Below, piece after piece: positions 12,983 to 24,429 of a stretch of DNA of 64,000 nucleotides. A program made the translations under genes and the position numbers. The notes under the pieces are model-generated. The model made no database searches. It worked only from the letters and a program-made list of their open reading frames with translations, and was not told the origin of the DNA. The stretch is from positions 17,342,991 through 17,406,990 of the forward strand of contig MU055783.1 of NCBI GenBank assembly GCA_013239625.1, read 5' to 3'. The stretch is from Lama guanicoe. Lineage: Eukaryota. Each line of letters starts with the position of its first letter. Position 1 is the stretch's first letter.

Positions 12983-15224
12983 TGATTCCAATTCTGTGAA
13001 TTTTATAATTTGATTTTCCCCCCTGATTTATGCTTTAGCGTAGCTCTTACAATTTGCACATCTTTAGCGTGAGCGGAATGACATCTAGCTTATAGCACAT
13101 TTCTTAGGGGAAATAGGGGTTTTAGTTGTTTTAATTAAAGAAAAGATACTGGGTACTCTTACTGATATGGGAAGCAAGTTCAAATTGACCGCCTTTCATG
13201 TCTTCCCTTACCACATCGTTCCTGCCTCCAGGCCTTTGCACATGCTATTCCCGCTTCTGGGAACCGTCTTCTCTCCACAGTCCCACCAGCGCTGAGCACT
13301 CATCCGTGGTGTAGCCAACTTCTTTGGTGTATCCTCATTCTTTGAAGTATGACACAGTTTGTGAGTTAGTATTAGTGGAATGAGGGGTCTCCACGGAGGC
13401 TGACTTTCCTCTGAGAAGGCTTTTCTGACATCAACCTCCTCCCCAATTTGAGATTAGGTGTCCTCTAGCTCCCCCACCTGAGCACTCGTGGCACTGCACG
13501 CAGAGGCTCAGTTACTTGTCTGTATCCTCTTTGTGAGTTAGGGAGCACTTTCTCAGTGCCTGACAGAGAGTAGGATGCTCAGAAATATTTTGTTCTTTGC
13601 CAGGAGACGGCAGCAAAAAAAAAAAAATGTTGGCCGCTTTAACCCTGTTTCGTATTGTGCACAGGTACAGTGTAAATCCTTAAAAAGTGGACAGATCCGG
13701 TTAAGAGTTTTTAAGTTCTAAAAGGGCCTGTTTGCTAGAACAGCAACCATCTGAATGTGAGTCCACAGCTTTTTGTGGAAAGCAGAGTTATTTTTGTATC
13801 TGGCATTTGAACAGGGGAAGAAGAGAGAAACTATTGAAATGGGGCAAGAGCACAAAGAGGTTTGTGGTTTCCTTGTGGGTATTCTTTGCATGGTAATTAC
13901 ACCATCTGGGATGTGAGTGTTAAACTTGACTCGAGGGAGCAGTGGTCAGAGCAGACCCACACTGGCCCTGTAGCCAGAATTCTTGGAGGGGCCACTGGTC
14001 TGTGCAATGGCAACGTTGGGAACAGAGAGGAGTGATGAGGTCATTTGCTCTCTGGGCATAGACATAGGTAGAATCTGTGCAAAAAGGGTGTTCACATTTG
14101 AGTATCCATTGGAATTCACTGTAGGCTTAATAAAAATGCAGATTTCTCTAGAGGAGGGGCCCAGGAATCTGCATTTTCACAAGCATCCCTGACGATCACT
14201 AGGTGGATTGCTGACCCACTCTTCATGAAACTGCTTTTACAAGGTGAGAAATTCTGGAGGAATACTGACAAACGTGACAGCCCTTGGAGCGAGAAGCTGT
14301 CCTTTGTTGGGGCCCTCAGACAGGGGGAGAGTGCAGCCTGGAAAAGTCAGCTCAAGGAGCAGCTCCTGGAAGGAGGGACACTTTGCATTAGCCTGAGATT
14401 AGTGTAACCCAGGGAAACCAGTTCCAGCAAAGATGGATGCTCTGCGCCCAGTGCCAATTTGAAGAGATAAAAAGGAAGAGTCATGGTTTCCTTGACTGCA
14501 CAGGAATGTCCCCTACTTTGCAGAGTAATGAAATACCCAGATGTTAAAATGAAGAGAGACAGAGATAGATGGAGAATAATAGCGCACCGGCAGCAGTGAA
14601 GGACCAACATAACACACACACCGGGGAACCTTGGGGTGTTCTCAGCCTGTGCGCCTCTGGGAATAGCACTGCCAGCAGGGGAGAATCAGCCCTCCTTGGA
14701 CGGTCCTGAGCTGAAGGTGTTTCCTGTAGCCGTCTGTGGCCAGAAGACAGTACCAGTTCCTCAGGGAGGAGGCAGTTGATGATCAAAAGGATGCCCGAAT
14801 ATGAAATATACGTATCCTTTGACCTAGTGGTTATGCCTTAAAGAGACATTGTACAAGTGGGGAAAGTAATACATGCATCTGGAATGTGCACTGTTTACTG
14901 AAAACACCCCAAATATCCATCAGTAATGGGACTTATGGGTACAAAAGATGCAGTAAAATTACCTTTAGCCATTAAAAGTGATGGTGTGGACCTGAGGTCA
15001 TCAACATGAAGAGATGTCACAATATATTAAGTGACAAAAGCAGGTTTCAGAATAGCATAGTATCTTATGGGTGCATTGAAGCAAAACTGTATGCTTAGGT
15101 TTCTATGGATTAATTCAGGCAGTAATTATTGAGTCATCTGTGTGCCAGGCACTTTTTGGGGCCATTGGAGGTGGAGCAACAAACAAGATGATGGTCCTTT
15201 CCTACTTGGAAATAAAGTGCTTGG

Positions 15225-15352
15225 AAGCAGCAGCATGGACATCCCCTGGGAGCGGGTTAGGAATGCAGAGTCCCAGGCTGCAGGCCAGACCTGCTGCATT
15301 TTAATGAGGTCCTGGGGCTGTCCATTTGCACACGGGGGTTTGAGAGACCATG
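15225..15352 (+). mobile_element. MER5A-like hAT fragment
   Basis: agcagcatggacatcccctgggagcgggttaggaatgcagagtcccaggc..ctgcattttaatgagg..gtttgagagacca. Confidence 0.65.
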
Positions 15353-17224
15353 CTTCTGGAGGCTTGTTTACCAAAGTAGCCACAGTGGATTTCTCTGGGT
15401 GGCAGCAATTTGGGGTAATTTTTGCATTGCCTTTGTGTTTCTCATTGTTTGAATTTTTTTCACAGTGAGCTGTCTTGAGTTTATAAAGCAGGATGCTAAT
15501 TTTTCAGAAGAGCCGAAGGCTCCTGCTTTTGGCTCTGTGGGGTGTTTCGGGCATACACTGGCAGGATCCTGGAGCAGGAATCTGAGGCGAACAGAAGGTG
15601 GAGGTGGCTGCTGTGGCTCATTTGGGCAACCACAGAAGTCCGAATACCCACAGCTGTGGCTGGAGCTGTAGCCACAGCCTGAGAGATGCTGCAGGTCTGA
15701 TGAGCTGAGGTCTGGCTGAACAGAGAGGCTCTGACATTGCAACCCCTGCCTGACTCTTTTGTGTCCTTACTATGTGGGAGACTCTGGGCCAGCGGCCATC
15801 GACAGCAGCCCAGGCTGCAGTATCCATCATCCTCCAGGACCAGTGGGCATCCCTGAGCCCTTCCTGGGCAAACTGGGAAGCATAGACATGATGCCTGATG
15901 AAAAGCATTTATATCCAAGGCTTGAGAAGTTCTGGCCGTGTGGAAGCGGGACTTTCAGTGTCCTGAGCCCTTTCCTTGGGGTCTCTCCTGAGTCTGATCC
16001 CTGATGAAAGGTTTGGCAGGTTATGGCCCTACAGCACCCTGCATAAAGCATAGTGTAGTTGAAAGAATGTTGACGCAGGGGCATGAGAACTGGATTCCAG
16101 ACCAGTCTGATCCTAAATTAACCATGTGGCTTTGGGCAAGTCCCAAACTGCCTCCTTGGACCTCAGTTTTCTCATCTGTGAAATGTGAGAATTAGTTACT
16201 GAGTGAAGCCGTGTGGACTACCGGCTGTGCTCCAGATGTTCTGCAAAGAGCAGGTCTTTGTTCTGAGGGTGTCACAACCTGGTGACACAGGATGTCTTTG
16301 GTTCTCCTCTCGTTCTGACATGATTCCCAAATATTGTTCCACAGCACAATGTCCTTCCTGCGTTTTGGATGATAAAGCAGCTTTTCATTGAGGGTGATAG
16401 TGAGTAGAGGTGATTGCTAATTTATTTATGTCCTTCCTGGTTAAAAAAAGAAAGAAAGAAACTTGGCAATTGTGTTAGTCCTTCCTCCACTTCCATCTAG
16501 TTTCAAAAAATGCCTTATTTTACTGACCCGTGAAATCCAGAACCGTGACAACCAGGCTCTGAGGAGAGGGAGGACTCGGATCAGGAAATACCCCCCCTCC
16601 GAGAGCCCTGAGCCCTGTCTTGCTGCAGGTGAAGCTGCTGCTTTGAAAAGTTTATGGAGCAGGTAGGTCCTGGAAGAGTGATGGATCCCAGTGTCCGGTG
16701 GAACAGACTCACGCTGCCTTTGTCAGGGTGGTTTTAGACGTGGAGTCTTCCACCTTCTGCCAGGGGCTGCTGAATTTCATGATGAAATCTCCCCTTCGTG
16801 GAAATGGGGGCGAGCTGGGGATAATCAGACTTTGTCCAGGACCCCTGCGTCCTCGCCCGAGCCCCACAGCTGGGCGTGCAGGCAGGGAGCAGCCGACAGC
16901 TGCGGTCGGCAGCCGGCTCCTCTCTGAGCCTCTGCCAGGCGCTCGGCTGGCTGCCTGTGATCTGCCTCGCGGTTGCCTGAGCAGGCATCTGCCGGTGCAG
17001 ATGTAAATCATAACAGGACAGGCGCCCAGACAGAGACAGCAACTGAGCATCACTGACAGGGCTGGAAGTCTCGTTAGTGATTCCTGCGGAGGGTGCAGGG
17101 CCAGGGCCAAAGAGCTGCTTAATTGAATGGCAGCTAATTCATTTGTAATTATTCGTATTCTCTTCTTCTTTCTCTTAAAGTCTAGTCCTTTGGAGCTAAA
17201 CTGGGCCTTAGAATTATCTAAGGA

Positions 17225-17410
17225 GGCAGTAGATTGAGCGAGTCAGGTTTGAGCCCCAACTCTGTTAATCAGCAGTGTCAGGCTCCTTCACTTCTGGACC
17301 TCAGTTTTCTTACCTGTAAAATGGGTTTTTGTGAGCAGTAAATGAGATGATCGCTGTGAAACACAGGGCACAATGCTCAGCCCATACTGAGCATTCAGTG
17401 AATGGTTACC
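17225..17410 (+). mobile_element. MIR SINE
   Basis: cctcagttttcttacctgtaaaatggg..taaatgagatgat..attcagtgaatggtta. Confidence 0.7.
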
Positions 17411-17559
17411 CAGCCCCACTCTCTCCTTTTATAGGCTCATTTGTATATTCGGCAGGTATTAGGTACCCATGGTGGGCACTGTGTAATGCAGCTCCTGTGA
17501 GAGTGGTCATGAAAGTATTCAAGTGAGTGTGTGTTCATCAGTCCATCAGCAGAACACAA

Positions 17560-17950
17560 AGCCGGTGACCTCCCTCCTATGAAGGGAAAAAAGAAGCAGA
17601 GTAAGGGTTAGAGAGCTGGATGTGGGAGTCGAAGTTTCCACTGTGGACAGTGCCCTGGTTAAGGAGACCTAAATGCAGTGGGGGAGTGAGCCATGCTGAG
17701 CCCTGGGAGAAGGGCACTCCAGGCAGAGGGAACCGCAGGCCGCAAAGGTCCTGAGGCAGGACTGGGCCTGATGGGCTGGAGGAGGTGCTAGGAGGCCAGT
17801 GTAGCCGGAGCACAGGGAGTAGGTAGGCATGAAATTGAACAAGCCCCCCAGAGCTGCATGATGCTGTGATAGGGGCTGTGGGCTTTTCTAAGGTGCTAGG
17901 AGGGCAGTGACGTTCTGAACGGAGGAGTGACGCGCTAAGTTTACAGGGAA
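17560..17950 (-). mobile_element. LINE-2 fragment
   Basis: ggagtgagccatgc..ccaggcagagggaaccgcaggccgcaaaggtcctgaggcagga..ggaggccagtgtagccggagca. Confidence 0.7.
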
Positions 17951-18074
17951 ATGCTCTCAGGTCGGATGTCAGAGCCTACAGGCAGCCTTTCTTCCCTGAT
18001 CTGTGAAAGGGTGATGGGAGCAAGGCTGTCCGACCCTCTGATTTGAGCATCCATTCCTGGGTCTTGCCTGTGAC

Positions 18075-19440
18075 AGTTATTACCGTGGTACCTGCTTTAA
18101 TGGTGACTTTCTATTTCCCACATCTCTTCTACGCTTATTAATTGGAATTCTTCAGTAAGGAAGGGCTTTCCCTTCTCCCTCATTCGCATATTTATTCAAC
18201 AATTATGGGTTCAGCAAATCTCTAGATTACAATCCAATACTATTGTCGTTAATTTTGTTGCTCAAATTGTTCTACCTGTGGCCACTGGGAGTTCCTGCAG
18301 GTTGACTCCTGTGTCCTTTTGACACACCTCCATCATATTTTGGGCCCTTCTTTACTTTCTTCTGGCAACACAAGGTACTCCAGGTTCATCTTGTATTTTC
18401 CCCCGAAGTCAGTCACTTCTCCAAGGAGCCCTGGTCCTCTTTATTGGATAATGGTGTTTAGAAACCAAGATCTGAGTGCTGCCTGTGCTCACTGCTATTA
18501 GGGTGTATTGCTTCTCATCCTTCTTAGCAGATGGAGCTAGGAAATGTATGTATGCACACTAACCCATGCACACACACACACACACAGACCTGTATTTCTT
18601 TCTTTCTCTTTATCTATCTGTCTATCTATCTATCTATCTTTATAAACCTTGACTTCATACTGATGCCTTCAATTCCAGTCCAAAGCCTCAGGATTCATTT
18701 TGATCTTCTCACTTTCCTCACTTTTCTTATTTGTAATTCCTTCCTCTGATAATGAGAAACCTTGCTCTTATTCTCTGTGCTATGCTTACTAATTTGTTCA
18801 GTCCTAGTATAAACACAAAAGGGGGTTTCAGAATTACTGATTCATACCCCTGTGAGGAACAATTATAACTTGAGTGTTTGTAGACAAGTCTCTTTTCCTT
18901 TAGCTTCATAGAATCCAGGCAAATGCTTTCCAGAGTTCCTGGGGCTCCTTTTCTTCCCCAGCTTCTCCAGTGAGGTGCTGCCATTCGTCTGTACTACCGT
19001 TATGTTCACTTGTTGCTGTTGATATTTCATTTCGAGTCCCCCTCACCCTGCCTGCCCCAGCACACGCATGCAGTTGGTTTTCACTGTTGACATTTGGGGT
19101 ATGTGGAATATCATTATGGTTCTAAGAGTCAGAGCTCTACAGATGGATTCAGACAAGTGTGCACCCTTCTCATCCCTGCTATCCTGTTTCATTCCTGTCT
19201 CTCCATTCTTTTTAACCCTTTCCCACCTACTCCCTGTAGGTAAATGGTCTCTTTGGTTTCTGGTTCATTCTTCCTCTGTTTCCTTTGCACAGATGACCCA
19301 ATACGTGTGTTTTCTTAGATTCCCTTGTTTTACTATATGGAGGGGTAAAGTACCGTAGATACTCTTTTGCATTTTGCTTTTTTCACTTAACAGTATCTTC
19401 TGGGGCTCACTTCATATCAGTTCATAGAGATCTTCCACAA
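18075..19440 (-). mobile_element. L1MC-type 3' UTR fragment with (CA)n/(TCTA)n tracts at ~18570-18640
   Basis: ttgttgctcaaattgttc..ctggcaacacaaggtactccaggttcatcttgtattttccc..gaaaccaagatctgagtgct is characteristic of antisense L1MC. Confidence 0.75.
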
Positions 19441-19539
19441 TGAGCTTTTTAAACTTTGGTAACCAGGAAAAAATATTTAGTAGCCCAAGGATCAATTTTA
19501 AAATTCTACAAGCCCCTGGTGATGATGATGATAAATAGG

Positions 19540-19730
19540 ATAAGCTTTACCATTAACTGAGCATCTGCTGTATACCATGCTCTGTGCTAGGCATTTTATG
19601 TAGATTTCACACTGAATCCCTTCTAGAGCCGTGAGGTAGATATTACCTCCAGTTTACCGATGAGGAAACTGAGGCTCAGTAATATTTAGAAACTTGCCCA
19701 CAGAGCCACAATTTGAACCTAGGACACTCT
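19540..19730 (-). mobile_element. MIR SINE
   Basis: gatgaggaaactgaggctcag..acttgccca..tttgaacctagg. Confidence 0.8.
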
Positions 19731-20393
19731 CTCCCAAGTTTGTGCTTTGTGAAGAGCACACCAGCACCATTACAGAAATTTCAGGTTAAAGCAAAGCCTC
19801 ATGGATTTTTAAAACCTAGGCATATCCCAGCCCTTAAAACTGTTGATTGTGTGTCAGCCTGCTGCCAAATTGGTATGTTACTGATGGTAGAAACATGAAG
19901 GTAATTTACTGCCTATTTCTTCCCCCCAAATGGTCCTTCCTCCTTGAGGAACATGGGTCCTGCCCCTAAGACAGGAGATAAGAGGGATGCCTGGTGGGGC
20001 CTGGTACCTGAGGTGCAGCCGTAGATCTGGTCTCACCTTGTAATCACAAACCAGGGCAGCCAGCACCATTAGCGGGAAAGTACATTACCCCACAGGGCGG
20101 TGTGGGTAACAGGACCGTCCATCAAGTCTGAGTTACAGCAGTTTCTGTTAAAACTGTTTGTATAGCAGGAGTGGAAGAAGGATTTCTTCGAGCAGGAGTC
20201 TGACTTCTGTTGTGAGAAGTGACAGCCTCTGGCAGAGGGGCAACACAGTTCAGTTGGTTGAGAATGTGGCTTCTGGACTGAGTGTCGGGGGCCTCACCCC
20301 AGCAGCAGATTTTCTAGCTGTGTAACCCTGGGCAAGTCGCTTCACCTCTTCAAAGCACTTCTGTGAAATGGGATGAAGAACCACAGCCATCTT

Positions 20394-20960
20394 TGTCGCC
20401 CCCCCTCCACCCCGAGACCACCTCCAGTTTCAGTGATTTACTGGAAAGGTTCATAGAAGTCAGCATACAGTCAGACCCTCGGCTGAGATTTATTACAGCA
20501 AAAGGATACAAAGCAAAACCCCTAAAGGGAGGAGGTGGAGGAGTGAAGTCAGAGGAACCGAGCCCAGGCTTCCAGAGCCCTCTCCCCGTGCGCGCACACA
20601 GCGGGCACTTGATTTCCCCCAGCAACGGGTGTGGCGTCACCTGTGAAATGTTTTCTACCAGCGAAGCTCTTTGGAGACTCAGTGCCCAGGCTTTTTACTC
20701 AGGGCTGATCACACAGGCACCCTCTGCCTAAGATGTACCAAAATCCCAAGCCCACAGAAGAAAGGCGGGTGTTCAGCATACATGCACTGCTTGCATGAAT
20801 ACTTTAGGCACAGTGAGCTATTCTCATGAGACAATGGCGCAGACCTTCCTGAGATCCAAGACCCCAGATGCAGGGATCCAAGCCAGGTCCAGCTTTGCAA
20901 ACAAGCCTTTCTAAAGATAGCAGCCTCAGGCCTCTTAGGTTAATAGCTCTTTTCTGCTCA
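20394..20960 (-). mobile_element. MER21-like solo LTR inserted in a MIR (MIR halves ~20250-20390 and ~20961-21050)
   Basis: TG..CA termini; gatttattacagcaaaaggatacaaagcaaaa..gagactcagtgcccagg..ctttctaaagatagcagcctcaggcct; MIR sequence is colinear on both sides. Confidence 0.8.
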
Positions 20961-21435
20961 TCATCCCAGAGGGTGACTTCTGGGTGGGTTCAGTGAGATG
21001 CTGTAGAGCACTGGGCACACCGTCTAGTTAGTAAACACTCATCAAATGTAGAGAATTACTTTGACAGTCAGGGTATGAGTTTTGAGTGGTTCTTCAGCAC
21101 CTTAAGAGCAAGCTCCATCCGTCAACCATCTGCTCACCCATTCATTCCTCTATTTGGCACATTTTGATTGACCCCTGCTGGTGTTGGGGCTGTGTTTGGC
21201 CGCTTTGGGACCTTTGAGCAGTGACTGGCCACTCCCTTCCTAGAGGGTGATGCATGTGGGCTTCCCATCTGGCTGGGTCCTGGAGGTGGGTGGTAGTGGT
21301 AAGAAACCTTGGGGACTTCAAGGTAGATGTAAAAGGATTCCACTGCACAACTCCGAGTTAGCGGGACGGGGATGCAGGGGTCAGAAGCCGTATCCTCCTG
21401 ACGTCTCACTGCTTGTCTTGTTTGTCCTCCTGCAG

Positions 21436-21561
21436 CCAAGGCTAAATCGAAGTGTGGCCCGACCTTCTTCCCCTGTGCCAGCGGCATCCACTGCATCATT
21501 GGCCGCTTCCGGTGTAACGGGTTTGAGGACTGTCCCGACGGCAGCGATGAGGAGAATTGCA
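21436..21561 (+). CDS. LDLRAD3: LDLRAD3 internal coding exon (probably exon 3), LDL-receptor class A repeat 2; 126 nt, phase 1-1
   Basis: Polypyrimidine tract ending ctgcAG at 21435, CTGAC/CTCAC branch candidates (A at 21401/21408), donor GTAAGT at 21562. Translation (P)[41 protein letters not shown](T) has six Cys and the DCxDGSDE motif and matches LDLRAD3 as I recall it. Confidence 0.96.
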
Positions 21562-21729
21562 GTAAGTGCTGGGGGCTTGGGTACCACACTCCCCTGTTCG
21601 TTCCCGCCATACTGGCCTGCTCATCTTTGTGCTTCTTACACCCATGGACTATGGCGTTTTCTGTCATTACCTGGAATCTATTTGTTACCACTTGTTTCTT
21701 GTGTGGATGTGCAAATGCTCAGCTCCCGT

Positions 21730-21900
21730 TTATCAGAGACTGCCAAGTGCACCGGGCCTGGGGCATGCTTCATTTTCAGTTCTGACAATAGCTCTGCAGA
21801 TGCAGATGTGTTTTCCCCATTGGCAGATAAGGACTCTGAAGTACAGAGAGGTCAGTGAACTCATCCAGCAACACACAGCTCATCAGTAGCAGAGCCTTTT
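21730..21900 (-). mobile_element. MIR SINE just downstream of the first exon
   Basis: ccccattggcagataaggactctgaagtacagagaggtcagtgaactcatcca..cacacagctcatcagtagcagagc. Confidence 0.65.
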
Positions 21901-23356
21901 CTAGACTCGTTCAGATACTCATCTGATTGACTCTCTGACTCAACATCCCATGTTTAAGTGATTGCTTTCCTTCTCACTTTGAATTCATTTTTTAAGAAAT
22001 GTTTATATATTAATTGTATACATACTATAAGAATATGCTCTTGGGAAAACATCCAAACAGTGTAGAAAGCTAAAGTTTTCCTTTACTTGTGACCACCCCG
22101 ATTCCTTTTACCTGCTGTATAATATTCCATGGTATCATTACACAGACACACATACACCTCCTCTTGTTCTCTCTGCCCTACTTACCTCTTAGCAGCAGTC
22201 TTGGTGTGGAAGCTCACTTCTCTCCCTTGGCCTGGATACCTGCAGGCCCTTCCTCGTCAGCATCTCTGGGTCCAGATTCTCACTCAGCAGCCTCAGTCAT
22301 CTTCAGGTGTCCCTTTCCCAACATTTATACTGTTCCAGCTCCTGCAGCAATTTGCTTTGTACCTGCTGCTGGTCCTTCTGGTCACTGCTCACTGTTTATC
22401 CTCTTGCCTTTCCCCTTACATGTTTAGATAGCTGGAGCCCTCCTAACTGTAGTTGGCTCTGGGCACATTTACACTTTTACTCTCTGCACTTATATATTTT
22501 AATACCCTTTTTTCCTTCTGATTATTGTAAAGAACTTGCAAAATGTAGAAAAGTATAAAGAGGAAAACAAAACTGCCTTAAAGGAAACATTGTTAATATG
22601 TGGGCTATTTTGTGACAAGTCATCCGCCCCACCCCATCTCTGTCTGTCTCCTCTCTCTCTCTCCCCCCTCTAGTGTGCTTAATTGCAATGTCTTCTTTAT
22701 TGTGACCATTTTCTCATGTTACTAATATTTTTTTCCAAAACAAAAGTTGTTATGACTTCACTGATTGTTTTGATAAATTGATTTTCCCTTACCCTGTTGG
22801 TTCTATTTTAAGTCCCTGAAGAGGAGGGTGACTGTCTCCCGTGTTCTTTATGTCTTTCCAGGGAACACTCACTGTTACACCCTCCCAGGAGGGACCTGGG
22901 GAGTTTATAACTCTCCCCTGTGCCTTCTTCTCTTGCCGTATTTCATCTTCTGGGTCTCAAATAGCAGAGATACAGCAGAGCAGCTAGACTGTTGAGCAGT
23001 TGCTAGCGTGGCTGAAACCCACCGCAGCAGGGAGGAGGCACATCACTGACAGGGTAGGGGTCTGACTCTGGAGCTGGGGTCTGGCCTCAAATTTGTGTTC
23101 TGCCCTGGGGAAGTGTGAGTCTGGGGCATCTTACATAATCTCCTTACATCATGGTTTTCTTTAAAATGGGGGTGCTGACAGCCTGCTTTCTGGGTTTGTT
23201 GTGAGATTTAGATAATATCTGGAAAGTGCTCAGTATAGTGGCTGGCCAGAGTAAGTGACCTTAAAAATATACAAACAAACAAAACTGAGTGATTAAGGGA
23301 AAGACCATATTTATTAGGATTTTGCCTTTGGCTTTGGATGGCTAAAGATGTACATA

Positions 23357-23812
23357 CAAGCATACCTCTGAGATACTCCGTGCTTGGCTCCAGAACACCA
23401 CAATAAAGTTAGCATTGCAATAAAGCAAGTCCCTTGAATTTTTTGGTTTCCCAGTGCATATAAAAGTTATATTCACACTATGCTGTAGTCTGTTAAGTAT
23501 GCAGTCACATTCTATCTGAAAAAAAGCAATGTACATACCTTAATTTAAAAACAAAAAACAAAAAAACAGTTACAATAGTAACATCAAAGATCACTAGTTA
23601 CCCATCACTATAACAAGTATAACAATAATAAAAAAAGTTTGAGTTACCAAAATGTGACACAGAAGCACAAAATGAGCAAATCCTTTTGCAAAAGTGGTGC
23701 TGAAAGACTTGCACGAGGCAGGGTTGCCACAGACCTTCGATTTGTAAGCAAAAAAACCCCACAATATCTTCCAAGTGCGATAAAGTGAAGCACAGTAGGT
23801 GAGGTTTGCCTG
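23357..23812 (-). mobile_element. Internally deleted Tigger1 (TcMar) element, 456 bp
   Basis: TA TSD at 23355-56 and 23813-14; TIRs caagcatacctc / gaggtttgcctg; both Tigger1 terminal regions joined at an A-rich junction ~23545-23568. Confidence 0.92.
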
Positions 23813-24429
23813 TATTTCATTTCATCCTTTTGTGTTTATCAGCTTGGTCTCAGCTTCCTGCTGTCCAGGGGATCTTATCACATAAGGGGAGAGTTTTATA
23901 TAGACCGTCATCCATACTGGCTAGAGAGTAATCCGGGGCAGGAAAAGCAGGTGTGATGTGTCACAGTCTGTACCTCTAAATGATTGTGCCATCCCAGGTA
24001 CTCGCTGCCATAATTACAGATCCTGTGCGATGTAAATGCTTGGATATTGGTCTTTAATTGTCTAAACGAGTAAATTACAGCCATTCTAAATTAGGTCAGT
24101 GGGGATTAAGCCAGCATTTTCCTCTGGCATATCTGCCGCTTGAAAAGAGTGGTGCTAACTCGCTGTTTTGAAAGCTGGTAAACAACAAGAAAGAATCAGG
24201 CACTTACCCTCCCATTCATATATGAATTGCACTTCTGCATAATTAAATAGCTGACTTGAGAAAGTTCTTTTTTATTGAAGAATACCAGCTAACGAAAGAA
24301 TGAGACTGTGAGAGTCTGCCTGTTTTGTAACCTCTAGTGAAGAACTGGATCATCAATGGTGGCTAAATCCATTAGATGGAAAATTGATAGGAAGCTTTGT
24401 AATGGGTGTATCAGGCTCCTGAAACCAGC

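Noticed and set aside
21094-21115. REST/NRSE left half-site TTCAGCACC
   Set aside because: No GGACAG right half at canonical or nearby spacing.
21134-21889. Longest ORFs in the track (203 aa +, 185 aa -, 107 aa +), stacked over or beside the first exon
   Set aside because: They are off-frame or antisense shadows of the GC-rich exon and its flanks, with no domain motif; the spliced LDLa frame explains the signal.
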